Origin: a virus
Taxonomy: Duplodnaviria > Heunggongvirae > Uroviricota > Caudoviricetes
Reading direction: 5' to 3' (one strand)
DNA: 64,000 bases
IMG/VR virus record: IMGVR_UViG_2690315980_000001
This document shows positions 38,526 to 47,942 of the stretch, one piece after another; the first letter of the stretch is position 1, and the number at the start of each line of letters is the position of its first letter. Below the pieces are notes generated by a model. The model saw only the letters and a program-made list of their open reading frames with translations, made no database searches and had not been told where the DNA came from. The position numbers were made by a program, and so were the translations under genes.

Positions 38526-39773
38526 TTAGTATAGGAACAGCTTCTCAAGCTGATCAATTGTTAGAGCTTCGTTGTAAAAACCTTCTAGCTGCGCTTCTTT
38601 CCCGTTTTCATAGATGTAACTAGGCGTTTCACTATCTGCACCAGAACCTACTAATCTATAAATTGGGTAGTACTTAATCATATCATCGCGATTGAAGATT
38701 CCAACTTTGCGTTTTATTGCGTATACAAAACCTGATAACTCATAGCTATTTGCTGTTTTTAGCGTTGATGGTTGATTACTAGGGAACGCTGGATTGCAGT
38801 CAATTTCGTTATTGTGATATAAGCCAGAACCATTGGTTATCTTATCACAGCTACTAAACTCACGGAAAACGTGATAGTTATATGAGTTTCTTGGTACTTT
38901 ATCATTCGATTTGGCTGTATTAACCACCTTATGGTTTACTACCTTAGTAGTATTTACTCTACTATCTAATTGATTTTTCTCGATATAGCTTCTAACTTTT
39001 CCAAGATCAGTTTCTTTTACTTTTACGTCATACGGAAAGAAGTCCACCTCTTTTCCATAGAATTTATTCAACATTTGCTCAAAATTCATTCCGTGTTTCT
39101 TGTAAAAGTAGAAACCTGAATCTTTTGTGCTTTGTTTACTTGCATGATAGTAAATACCATTTACACCCTTTTTCTTATAAATAGGGAAATAGTAATGATG
39201 TTCTTCATTTGATACTTGTCCTCTCATGAAAACCATAACAAAGCCTGATTTTTGCATTGTTGGATCATTTGAGAGTGAGTCCGAACCTTCGATTTCTACA
39301 TTACAAGAACCACCAATTCGACCAAATTCTTTTCCAAAGGATTTGTAGCAATCTTCGATTTCATTAAATAAATAGAAGTTGAATGTTTTACGATCACTGA
39401 AAGCAAATTTTGTTTTAGAATCTGCAATAACAACATCTACTGGCTTAACTACATTCGTCTCTTTAATTGACTTAACAATCTCTGGAGAAACAGAAGGCTT
39501 CTTCGTTTCAGCTTTTAACTCTGTTGCTTCAGACTTAATCTCTTCAGATTGAATTTTGTTATTCAGCTTTTCATCGCTCTCAGGGTTGTCAAAGAGGCTG
39601 TTGATAAATACCCCAAGAATAACTGCTAAAATGCATGTTGCTGCAACAGAAGCGATTACCTTTCCCTTCCCCTTAAAAATTAATCTTCCAAGGATATCGT
39701 GTGATTGTTTCTCCCCCTCTATTAATCTTAGAGGGATGAGTAAAACCCAAATAATAAATAATGCGAAATTCAT
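38526..39773 (-). CDS. N-terminally membrane-anchored hypothetical protein
   Basis: 415 aa with two N-terminal hydrophobic helices and a soluble domain rich in Tyr/Lys. Confidence 0.55.
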   Translation of the reverse strand: MNFALFIIWVLLIPLRLIEGEKQSHDILGRLIFKGKGKVIASVAATCILAVILGVFINSLFDNPESDEKLNNKIQSEEIKSEATELKAETKKPSVSPEIVKSIKETNVVKPVDVVIADSKTKFAFSDRKTFNFYLFNEIEDCYKSFGKEFGRIGGSCNVEIEGSDSLSNDPTMQKSGFVMVFMRGQVSNEEHHYYFPIYKKKGVNGIYYHASKQSTKDSGFYFYKKHGMNFEQMLNKFYGKEVDFFPYDVKVKETDLGKVRSYIEKNQLDSRVNTTKVVNHKVVNTAKSNDKVPRNSYNYHVFREFSSCDKITNGSGLYHNNEIDCNPAFPSNQPSTLKTANSYELSGFVYAIKRKVGIFNRDDMIKYYPIYRLVGSGADSETPSYIYENGKEAQLEGFYNEALTIDQLEKLFLY

Positions 39774-39784
39774 TGTAGCTCCAT

Positions 39785-40105
39785 TTATTTCATCATTAAT
39801 AACTTAATACATTTAAAATTAGCCAAAACATTTTTTTGTTCTTCGCTTAATTCAAATTCAGAAATGACAATGTATTCAGTGTCAGGCTCCAGGGATTCTG
39901 TAATTGAATTGACATCATCAGGATTGGTTAGGACAAGAAGGTGTTGAGTACATTGAGATACCTTAACACCATGCTTAACACCAAGCTTATACAGTTTGTA
40001 AAGCTCATTGCAGCTATACCCTACACCAACCTGAACTTCTTCATGAATGCCTGAAACTATTGCATTAGCAGCTTCAGCTTTCTGGTTCATATTAAAACGT
40101 TTCAT
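39785..40105 (-). CDS. hypothetical protein
   Basis: 106-aa ORF. Confidence 0.4.
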   Translation of the reverse strand: MKRFNMNQKAEAANAIVSGIHEEVQVGVGYSCNELYKLYKLGVKHGVKVSQCTQHLLVLTNPDDVNSITESLEPDTEYIVISEFELSEEQKNVLANFKCIKLLMMK

Positions 40106-40285
40106 GATTAACCTTTTTTATTCTTTTTAATAAAATCTTTGATGAGCAGATGACCATCTTTACAATAAAAATTGATGAAAAGAGTGTGATGAAAGCTAGC
40201 CAGGTGATGCATTTCAAAGGAAAAATCAGTTGCTTAGTGTTCATGACTACTTAAGCCCTTGCAAAAGCAAGGGCTATACCTTTAT

Positions 40286-41251
40286 TTATTCTTTATCAGC
40301 AGATTCAGGCACTTCTTCAACTTCATCTTCTGATTTAGAAGATTGTTGTGCTTTCTGAAGTTGCGATGTTACTTTAGCTTGCAATCCCATTTCATTTGAA
40401 GCTTGGTTTGTACCCAATAGAACTAGGTTGCCATAACGTGCTGCTGTTGTAACAGAGTCGCGAGCATCCATCGCTTCCATTGACATCATCAGCATATTAA
40501 TCTCTGATGCGTCAGTTGTTGACTGTTTGAACTTCTTCAGGTTTTCAACACATACTTGAGCGTAAGATTCTCTAGATTTGACAGCAGCTTTGGTACGCTC
40601 TTCAAGCGCTCCAGCATCTGCACGAGCATCTGCCATTTTAAGTTCGTATTTAGCATCTTTTTCAATTTTTGCCGCTTCTAGTGTGCGCTTAGCAGCTACG
40701 ACACGGTTTGAAGCATCACGCACTTCTTCAGGTAGCTTAGGGTCATCGATTTTAACATCTGTGATCTCATATCCGTACTGATTGTAGTTTTTGTTCAGTT
40801 TATCGATTAGATTCTTGGTCATTTCACCTTTACTGCTGTAAATGTCTTTTGTATCCAAGGAATCACATTCGGAACAAGTCATTTGACGCAAATCAGACTT
40901 AATCAGAGATTCAGGATCGTCAAGGTCATAGCAAGCCTCTTGCATTTTATCCTTCAGAACACGCACTGAAGCATTAACCCTCATTCCAAGAATAACTTCA
41001 TCTGCTGTTTTGACATCACAATCTTCTGTAATTTGGAAAATGTCAAACGACACATTGTCAGCCACACCCTGAATTGGAGCTGGAAGTTTAAAATAAATGC
41101 CTGGCTCAGAGATTTCACGGACAATTCGACCACCAAAGAAGTTGATTAACACACCTTGCTTTGGCTTTACAATCACGATCATTGAAGATAGCAGTGCAAA
41201 GACAGCAACTGCAATAGCGCCAAACATCAAAATATTAGATAGTGAACCCAT
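40286..41251 (-). CDS. SPFH/band-7 (stomatin/prohibitin/HflKC-like) membrane protein
   Basis: N-terminal TM helix. VIVKPKQGVLINFFGGRIVREISEPGIYFKLP...VKTADEVILGMRVNASV is a typical band-7 core. C-terminal region is coiled-coil/Ala-Lys-rich. Confidence 0.7.
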   Translation of the reverse strand: MGSLSNILMFGAIAVAVFALLSSMIVIVKPKQGVLINFFGGRIVREISEPGIYFKLPAPIQGVADNVSFDIFQITEDCDVKTADEVILGMRVNASVRVLKDKMQEACYDLDDPESLIKSDLRQMTCSECDSLDTKDIYSSKGEMTKNLIDKLNKNYNQYGYEITDVKIDDPKLPEEVRDASNRVVAAKRTLEAAKIEKDAKYELKMADARADAGALEERTKAAVKSRESYAQVCVENLKKFKQSTTDASEINMLMMSMEAMDARDSVTTAARYGNLVLLGTNQASNEMGLQAKVTSQLQKAQQSSKSEDEVEEVPESADKE

Positions 41252-41368
41252 TTTATTTCCTTTATTTAATTGATTAAATATTGCATCCCAGTGTTATCAC
41301 AAGGATTTTCTTTTGATTTAGGAGGATATTATAGGTCATATTATTCCGTGTCAATATTTTTATAAACA

Positions 41369-41399
41369 TAAAAAAAGGAGGCTTACGCCTCCTAAAAAA
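41369..41399. terminator. bidirectional rho-independent terminator
   Basis: GGAGGC-ttac-GCCTCC hairpin flanked by A-runs on both sides. Confidence 0.6.
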
Positions 41400-41410
41400 A
41401 TGGTTTGTTT

Positions 41411-41836
41411 TTATACAAACAGCTTTGTTTTGAACAACTCAATCTCACGTTTTGCTGACTCATCACTATCAGAGCCATGTACGGAGTTTTCACTTTTAGT
41501 TTGTGCGTACTTAGCTCTCAACGTGCCTGATTCTGCTTCTAGTGGGTTCGTAGCTCCCATAAGACCACGGTATTTTAAGACAGCGTTTTCAGCTTCAATG
41601 ACATACCCTACAACTTCACCACTAGTCATGAATCCAATAAGCTCATCAAAGAATGGTTTTTCTTTATGCTCCGCATAGAATGTTTCCGCAGCTTGTTTGG
41701 TCATAACGCCACGCTTTAGTGCAACGAGCTTAAAACCAGCATTTAAGATATCCGCTAGAATAGCGGAATCAAGATTTTCTTTTGTTGCATTTGGCTTAAT
41801 CAAGCCGAAAGTTAAAGTACTTTTCATAGTTTTCAC
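41411..41836 (-). CDS. ndk: nucleoside-diphosphate kinase
   Basis: TFGLIKPNA..., YAEHKEKPFF, and NSVHGSDSDESAKREIELF (the active-site N-x-x-HGSDS motif) match NDK. The 141-aa length is typical. Confidence 0.85.
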   Translation of the reverse strand: MKTMKSTLTFGLIKPNATKENLDSAILADILNAGFKLVALKRGVMTKQAAETFYAEHKEKPFFDELIGFMTSGEVVGYVIEAENAVLKYRGLMGATNPLEAESGTLRAKYAQTKSENSVHGSDSDESAKREIELFKTKLFV

Positions 41837-41949
41837 TTTTTATTACTTATTTAAATTACGTTTTGATGTTATATCTTTTAATCTAAAGGATCAATCCGTA
41901 GAGTCGATAAGCGCAGGTATAAACGTTTAAGTGATTCATATTTAAACAA

Positions 41950-43590
41950 TCAAAGCGAATTTTGCACTTCTTGGTCTAAAATTTTACTTTGAATTTCACC
42001 ACCATCACCAAATAGAAGATCATGTTGTTTATTCAATACACTTACGAAATCAAAGTTGCTTCCTTGTTCATAACCACAGATCTTTAATCCATTTTCCTTA
42101 AGAACGCCAACAAGAGTTGGTGATACATTCTTTGGAACAATCGCAACAGAGAAATCGTGTAAGCGAATAGGATTACTCATTTTTAACTCGAAGTATGTAT
42201 ACGGAGCAACAATTAGACTCTTTTTTAAGTCATCGATTCTAGTTATAAGCTCATCTGGTAGCTGATCAACAAAAAAGCTTTCACGCAGCGCTTCGTTAAC
42301 TTCACAACGTGATTGAACGAGTGCTTCCGTAGCAACATTACTGTAGATTGATGACACATTTCCATTTGGATCTTTGAATTTGTAGTAATCAGATAATTCT
42401 TCAATTATTGCACTCAATTCACCATTAAGGTTCGTGAAATACGCAGTTACTTCGTCTTCGGATTTTAACTGATCTATGTGATCCTCAATTTCTTCTAAAG
42501 AGTTAAATCTCTCTTTTACCGATGCTGCAATCTTAACTATCGAAGTAGAAAATAAACTATCACATGTAATCAATTTTCTGTTCATTTCTTTTGATAGATT
42601 CTCTAGAGTCGCCGTTTCTTTCTCAACGCCGTAGATCTCATCGGGCGAAATATCTTCTTTGTCATAATCAACATCATACTCAGATGTTTTAAGGAAAAAG
42701 GCTTTTCCAAAGCCAGGTTCAATTGTCTTTGATATCCAGCCTTCAAAAGCTGCGCGTGGGACATTATTTTTGAAGTATTCCTCAAGATCGCTTACGTATT
42801 TAGACTCGTCAATTGAAGGTGTTCTTACAAGATATTCATTTATATCCTTTTTCGCATTATCAAAATAGCTTACATACATTTTTGGATTTCCATCCTCAAA
42901 GTACATACTATTTTCAATGTACGCATTTAATTTCTTGAGTTCGATCCTGATTTTTCTTGAGTTTTGAATATCAGTGTCTTTACTACTTAAAATTTTCATT
43001 CTTAACTGAATGTCAGCAAGCAGAAATTTTGATATTGCTTTGTTGGCATCATCCTCTGGAAGTTCTAAAATAGTATTACGCATAATCGCATCAATGGACT
43101 CATCAGATAAAAACGGGACCCTTTTTTCCTTGGGGATCTCATTAGGTTTGCAAGGATTAGGTATGTTTTTGTCTTGCAGATAGAGTAATTTGACAGCAGG
43201 GTTTTTCATCAACAAGTTTCTTGCAGAAATCGCGCCTTTGAGTATCTCTGGATGTATAGCCGACTGGGTTTGATATCTCACACCAACATTAACGTGATTA
43301 GCTTTTAGGGCTGATTCTAGACGCTCATTGAATTGATCCCAGAATGAGTGATTTAATTCAAATGATACATCTGGAAAAACTGAACTGTATACATCAATTG
43401 AAGATGCATAATTATTACTAAAATCAATCTTTTTAGGATCTAGAAGGAGTACGCAGGAGCCATACTTAAAGAACTCTTGGTCTGTAGGAATGAAACCAAG
43501 TGATGGATTTGGAAGTCCTCCTATTAGGTTTGCAAACTCTAAATCACTTTCCGTTAAAGCGTGTGCTAATGCTATTCTTTTTTTCATCAA
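41950..43590 (-). CDS. hypothetical protein
   Basis: 546-aa ORF. Confidence 0.55.
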   Translation of the reverse strand: MMKKRIALAHALTESDLEFANLIGGLPNPSLGFIPTDQEFFKYGSCVLLLDPKKIDFSNNYASSIDVYSSVFPDVSFELNHSFWDQFNERLESALKANHVNVGVRYQTQSAIHPEILKGAISARNLLMKNPAVKLLYLQDKNIPNPCKPNEIPKEKRVPFLSDESIDAIMRNTILELPEDDANKAISKFLLADIQLRMKILSSKDTDIQNSRKIRIELKKLNAYIENSMYFEDGNPKMYVSYFDNAKKDINEYLVRTPSIDESKYVSDLEEYFKNNVPRAAFEGWISKTIEPGFGKAFFLKTSEYDVDYDKEDISPDEIYGVEKETATLENLSKEMNRKLITCDSLFSTSIVKIAASVKERFNSLEEIEDHIDQLKSEDEVTAYFTNLNGELSAIIEELSDYYKFKDPNGNVSSIYSNVATEALVQSRCEVNEALRESFFVDQLPDELITRIDDLKKSLIVAPYTYFELKMSNPIRLHDFSVAIVPKNVSPTLVGVLKENGLKICGYEQGSNFDFVSVLNKQHDLLFGDGGEIQSKILDQEVQNSL

Positions 43591-43652
43591 TAATGACCAT
43601 TATAATTATTTATTCTTAAATTATAACATAATGGTCATTGTCAATTAAATAA

Positions 43653-44489
43653 TTAAAGCTCTATGGTTAGGCTAGTACAGCCTTCTTCAAGTTGACTTAA
43701 CACTAAGGTAAAGCAATCGTTATTGGCAACGTTGAATTCATGCCTTTTTAATGCGGCGAATCCAAGTAATATTGATTTTGCATCCCTTACAGAATTTTTC
43801 TCAAGGGCAACGTCTACAGCAGCTCTAACTATCATGTCAGGGTTATCTTCAAACTCTTTTACGTTTAAAGCGGAGATAGCTTTGCTGGATGTGATTTTAT
43901 TCAAGCTTTCGCCATCAGGACATGAAAATTCGGAAGATATTAAGTGTGATTCATAATCTTCAAAAAGAACTCTAACCATGAAGTCGTTGTCATTAAGAAT
44001 GCATACTCGAATATCATCATAATAAATAAAATCTGGGTGTTCTCCAGTTCTGTAGTATTTAATAAGATCTTCAAACACCAAGTTCCAATTCGGTGCTTGT
44101 GATGATTGAGTAATTACATCAACAGGACATTCTATGAATTCTATTGGAAGTAAAGGCGCATCATCAATATCGCGGTTGATCATAAACAAGTGCTTATGAC
44201 AAGTGAGAGAGTCTTTGGTTATAAGTTTTAAGTACTCATTTGGGTTACTGCGCTGTAGCTTGAATAAACTACTTGCAATCATGGACTCAGCCAAATCTTT
44301 TATATCTTTTGTTCCCATCAAAACTGATTTAGTGTTGATTAAGTTAAGATCTTTTTTACATTTGCTGGAAGTGTGCTTTTCTATGGCTTGATATTTTGAA
44401 AGCAGGCAATTGATGTCGATATCAACTGATGTGCTAACTCTAGCTTCATCTGATGAGTAGATAATCAGATTTAAAATCATAAAAAACAT
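43653..44489 (-). CDS. hypothetical protein
   Basis: 278-aa ORF. Confidence 0.5.
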   Translation of the reverse strand: MFFMILNLIIYSSDEARVSTSVDIDINCLLSKYQAIEKHTSSKCKKDLNLINTKSVLMGTKDIKDLAESMIASSLFKLQRSNPNEYLKLITKDSLTCHKHLFMINRDIDDAPLLPIEFIECPVDVITQSSQAPNWNLVFEDLIKYYRTGEHPDFIYYDDIRVCILNDNDFMVRVLFEDYESHLISSEFSCPDGESLNKITSSKAISALNVKEFEDNPDMIVRAAVDVALEKNSVRDAKSILLGFAALKRHEFNVANNDCFTLVLSQLEEGCTSLTIEL

Positions 44490-44512
44490 CCCTTTGCTTT
44501 CTTGAAAGGGAT
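44481..44512 (-). terminator. rho-independent terminator
   Basis: ATCCCTTT-N9-AAAGGGAT hairpin with a T-run on the minus strand. Confidence 0.55.
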
Positions 44513-44537
44513 ATTTATATCATAATATTAACCAGTT

Positions 44538-45059
44538 TCAAGAGTACTCGACTGAAATTTCATTAGTTTTTTCTCTTCTTACAAACTCAATACGTTTTTC
44601 AAGTGGGTAACTTTGCGAATATGGTGAAACAATTCCATCATGACCTAGCCAAGACCAAAGACGAGGATTTCCATATCTAGTTATTATTTCTGTTTTGTCA
44701 TTACTATCTTGTAAATCGTAAACAAGCTCATTTTCCCCTTTGTTATGAAATATCCATAAATCAACGATAAATCTTTTATCTACTACAGCAAAGTAATGTT
44801 GATTTTCATCAGTTACATTTGGATTTGAAACTATGGGGTTGTCGCCTCTGAAAAATCCATAAACTTCGGCTTCACCCTTAAGCTTGTTTGCGACAAAACA
44901 CGCGCACTTTACACTGTCCGCGATATCATCCCCAGATGATAAGTATTTTGTCGCACTCACATTATCTGAACCTAGCACTGGTTCGCCACGCAAATTGCCA
45001 AAATAGATACCTATTGATTCTGGAGATTGAAACTGTTCTTTTAGGAATTTTTTATCCAT
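44538..45059 (-). CDS. hypothetical protein
   Basis: 173-aa ORF. Confidence 0.5.
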   Translation of the reverse strand: MDKKFLKEQFQSPESIGIYFGNLRGEPVLGSDNVSATKYLSSGDDIADSVKCACFVANKLKGEAEVYGFFRGDNPIVSNPNVTDENQHYFAVVDKRFIVDLWIFHNKGENELVYDLQDSNDKTEIITRYGNPRLWSWLGHDGIVSPYSQSYPLEKRIEFVRREKTNEISVEYS

Positions 45060-45540
45060 TTTGTCATCTCCTAATCACACAAAAATGTGACGAATATCTT
45101 TATTTAACTATAGCATGACAAATAAAATATAAAAACTAAGTTGAATATTTTTATAATAATATTCTAGTGATCAGGATCACATTTTTGCTACTTTATGATA
45201 ATTTTGATTTGATTTTATTTTCTTTATGCTTTTATATTGTCGGTTTTTTCTGGTAAAAAGCCAAATTATCATTGTTGATATGCTTAACCTAGCACATTGA
45301 TTTATCATTACTAATTTATAAAAAACACTAGATCTTGGTTTTTATTTATTCTTTTAATGCTTTAATTATAACTTTATTTATAAGAGTAATCCATAAATGT
45401 TACATCTATGTTAACTGATGGTTTCATTCAATTTTTTCTTGATCTTTAGTGTTTCTTGTTATACATTACGAAAAAATGAAGTAATGATTATTTCAAAAAC
45501 ACAATTATTTTTTATTTACCATTAATTTATAGGTTCACAA

Positions 45541-46725
45541 ATGAAGAAAGTATTACTTACCCTTGCAGTCTCTGCCGCATTCTCATCACAAGCATTTTCA
45601 GCAACAGCGTTTGATGCACGTTCAGTAGGTATGGGTGGAATTGGCGTTTCTACTTCAAACTACCTTATGGCACCATTCCACAACCCAGCTTTAGTTGCTA
45701 AATATGGCGATAGTGATGACGTAGGTATCTTATTACCTTCCATCGGCGTTAATCTTCAAGATAAGGGAGAAATGGTAGATGGTATTGATAGTGCAGTTGA
45801 TGCAATTGACGCTTTAGAAGCGAACCGCACTCAACAGAACGCTTCAAATGTTGTTGATGCTCTTGCATCGTTAAATCGTGACAGTGCTTATGTACAAGCT
45901 GGACTAGGAATGGCAGTAGCGATTCCAAATCAATTTGCTTCTGTGAACTTGTTCACTCAAGGCTATGCAGACGCATTTGTTTACGCAGATGTAGCGGATA
46001 GTGATTTGAATGAATCCGATCTTCTAAATCCCTCTCACACATATGACTCTACAGCAACTGTCGCAGGTATCTCTGTTGTAGAATTTGGTGCAGCCCTAGC
46101 TAAAGACTTCAAACTAGAAAATAGTGTAATTTACTATGGTCTTACACCAAAGATTCAACAGGTAAAAACCATCAACTACGTTTCAGATATCAACAACTTT
46201 GAGTTTGATGATATGACAGATGATCAGTATCAGAATTCTGAAACGAGTTTTAACTTGGATGCTGGCATTGCCTATACAATGAATAACGGTTTATCGCTTG
46301 GTCTTGTTGGTCGAAACTTAATTTCTCAAAGTTATGATACTGTTGAGCTAGATGGTGTGAAAGCAAGCTATTCTATTAATCCTGTTTTTGTAGCAAGCGC
46401 AAGTTACAACCATAGCTGGTTCACTATTGGTGCCGATATTGACCTAAATGAGACAGAGCGATTCGAAGATATGTCTGGTTTCATGAATTCAATTGATTCT
46501 TCATCAGATAACACTCAGCTTGCTGGAATCGGTATTGAACTAAATGCTTGGGACTGGGCGCAACTTCGTGCAGGCTATCAAACTGACATTGCCAACAACC
46601 TTGACGATCAGTTCACAGCAGGTATCGGTATTTCTCCGTTTGGTACAGTTCGAATTGACTTAGCTGGCTCTTATGCTGGTGAAAACCAATTAGGTGCTTC
46701 ACTACAAACGTCTATGACATTCTAA
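45541..46725 (+). CDS. outer-membrane beta-barrel protein, FadL/TraF-like family
   Basis: Signal peptide present. N-terminal DARSVGMGGIGVS...NPALVAKY resembles the FadL/TraF_2 N-terminal signature. Alternating amphipathic strands. C-terminal ...SMTF with terminal Phe. Confidence 0.6.
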   Translation: MKKVLLTLAVSAAFSSQAFSATAFDARSVGMGGIGVSTSNYLMAPFHNPALVAKYGDSDDVGILLPSIGVNLQDKGEMVDGIDSAVDAIDALEANRTQQNASNVVDALASLNRDSAYVQAGLGMAVAIPNQFASVNLFTQGYADAFVYADVADSDLNESDLLNPSHTYDSTATVAGISVVEFGAALAKDFKLENSVIYYGLTPKIQQVKTINYVSDINNFEFDDMTDDQYQNSETSFNLDAGIAYTMNNGLSLGLVGRNLISQSYDTVELDGVKASYSINPVFVASASYNHSWFTIGADIDLNETERFEDMSGFMNSIDSSSDNTQLAGIGIELNAWDWAQLRAGYQTDIANNLDDQFTAGIGISPFGTVRIDLAGSYAGENQLGASLQTSMTF

Positions 46726-46750
46726 ACGAATCAAGTTACACTTGGCATCT

Positions 46751-46781
46751 AAGAGCCTTACATCGTTAAGGCTCTTTTTTA
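46751..46781 (+). terminator. rho-independent terminator
   Basis: AAGAGCCTTA-N6-TAAGGCTCTT hairpin followed by TTTTTT. Confidence 0.65.
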
Positions 46782-46918
46782 TTGTATATATCTAATTTAA
46801 AAGACTAAGACATACTCATTTATTCTGGTAAAATATTACCATCATCAAATTTAAAATAATTGATTATTTTTTAATCGCACCTAGTGTGTTAAGACTACCA
46901 TAAATTGAGATAAATTTT

Positions 46919-47758
46919 ATGAATGAATTTGTCAAAAAACTGGATTTAAGCTCAGCGGAAAATATCTATATACCTGGAGATATTCATGGGGAGTTTAATT
47001 TTCTACAGTTAGCCCTTAATGAATTAGGGTTTTCTAATAAAGATCATTTGCTACTAGTCGGTGATAATATTGACCGTGGTTCACAAAACTTAGAAATGAT
47101 TACTTATGTACTTAGCATAGAAAATGGTCACTCCGTTGAAGGTAATCACGAAAGAATGGCAATCAATGCCTTTGTAAACAATGATAGAGCAAGTTATCAC
47201 GCATGGTATCAAAGCGGTGGCGATTGGATTGATAAATATCCTGACTGCATGACCAAGTACATGCTTTCTAAGCTCAATGGTCAATTACCATATTGTATTG
47301 AATTTGAGTTCTTAGGTAAAAAGATTGCAGTTTCTCACGCTTCAATTCCAGATTATGACTACTTAGCACTTAATATACAGGGCGCATCCAAGAGAAACAT
47401 TGAATTACTAACAAGCCATCACGAAGAGTTTGTTGAATATGGTGTTTTAAAGAACGAACATCATAACGTTCCCGTAAAGGGCTTGGATCTTTCAATTCAT
47501 GGTCATACTGGAGTGTCTAAACCTGTAATGATTCATAATCGAATTTACCTAGATACAGGCTTGAGCAAAGACGCAGGTATTGGCGAAGGGTCAAAGAATT
47601 TCCTCAGCATCTTATGTTTCAACAAGACAAAAGGGGTATCGCTCGTACACTTCAAAAGAAACCTTTTTATGAAAGGGATTGAGTGGTTGGAAGATGTTGA
47701 TAATAGCAAGACATACGAACAACTACAAAATCTAGGTTTTAAGGTGAATCCAAAATGA
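46919..47758 (+). CDS. calcineurin-like metallophosphoesterase (lambda-phosphatase/PrpA-like Ser/Thr phosphatase)
   Basis: GDIHG ... GDNIDRG ... GNHE metal-binding motifs with canonical spacing. Confidence 0.7.
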   Translation: MNEFVKKLDLSSAENIYIPGDIHGEFNFLQLALNELGFSNKDHLLLVGDNIDRGSQNLEMITYVLSIENGHSVEGNHERMAINAFVNNDRASYHAWYQSGGDWIDKYPDCMTKYMLSKLNGQLPYCIEFEFLGKKIAVSHASIPDYDYLALNIQGASKRNIELLTSHHEEFVEYGVLKNEHHNVPVKGLDLSIHGHTGVSKPVMIHNRIYLDTGLSKDAGIGEGSKNFLSILCFNKTKGVSLVHFKRNLFMKGIEWLEDVDNSKTYEQLQNLGFKVNPK

Positions 47759-47910
47759 ATATTGACGATATAGTTATTAATGCTGAATACGAAACTTTGA
47801 TTGAGCAGTCGTTTTCAAAGCAAGAAGAAGGCAAATCGAATTTTTTTGATAGTAAAACTTCTAAAGAAATTATGATTAAGAAAAAATCAAAAATAAAACA
47901 AAGTAAAGAT

Positions 47911-47938
47911 AAAAAATAAGTGGAGCGTTGCTCCACTT
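47911..47938 (-). terminator. rho-independent terminator
   Basis: AAGTGGAGC-gtt-GCTCCACTT hairpin with a T-run on the minus strand. Confidence 0.55.
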
Positions 47939-47942
47939 ATTA

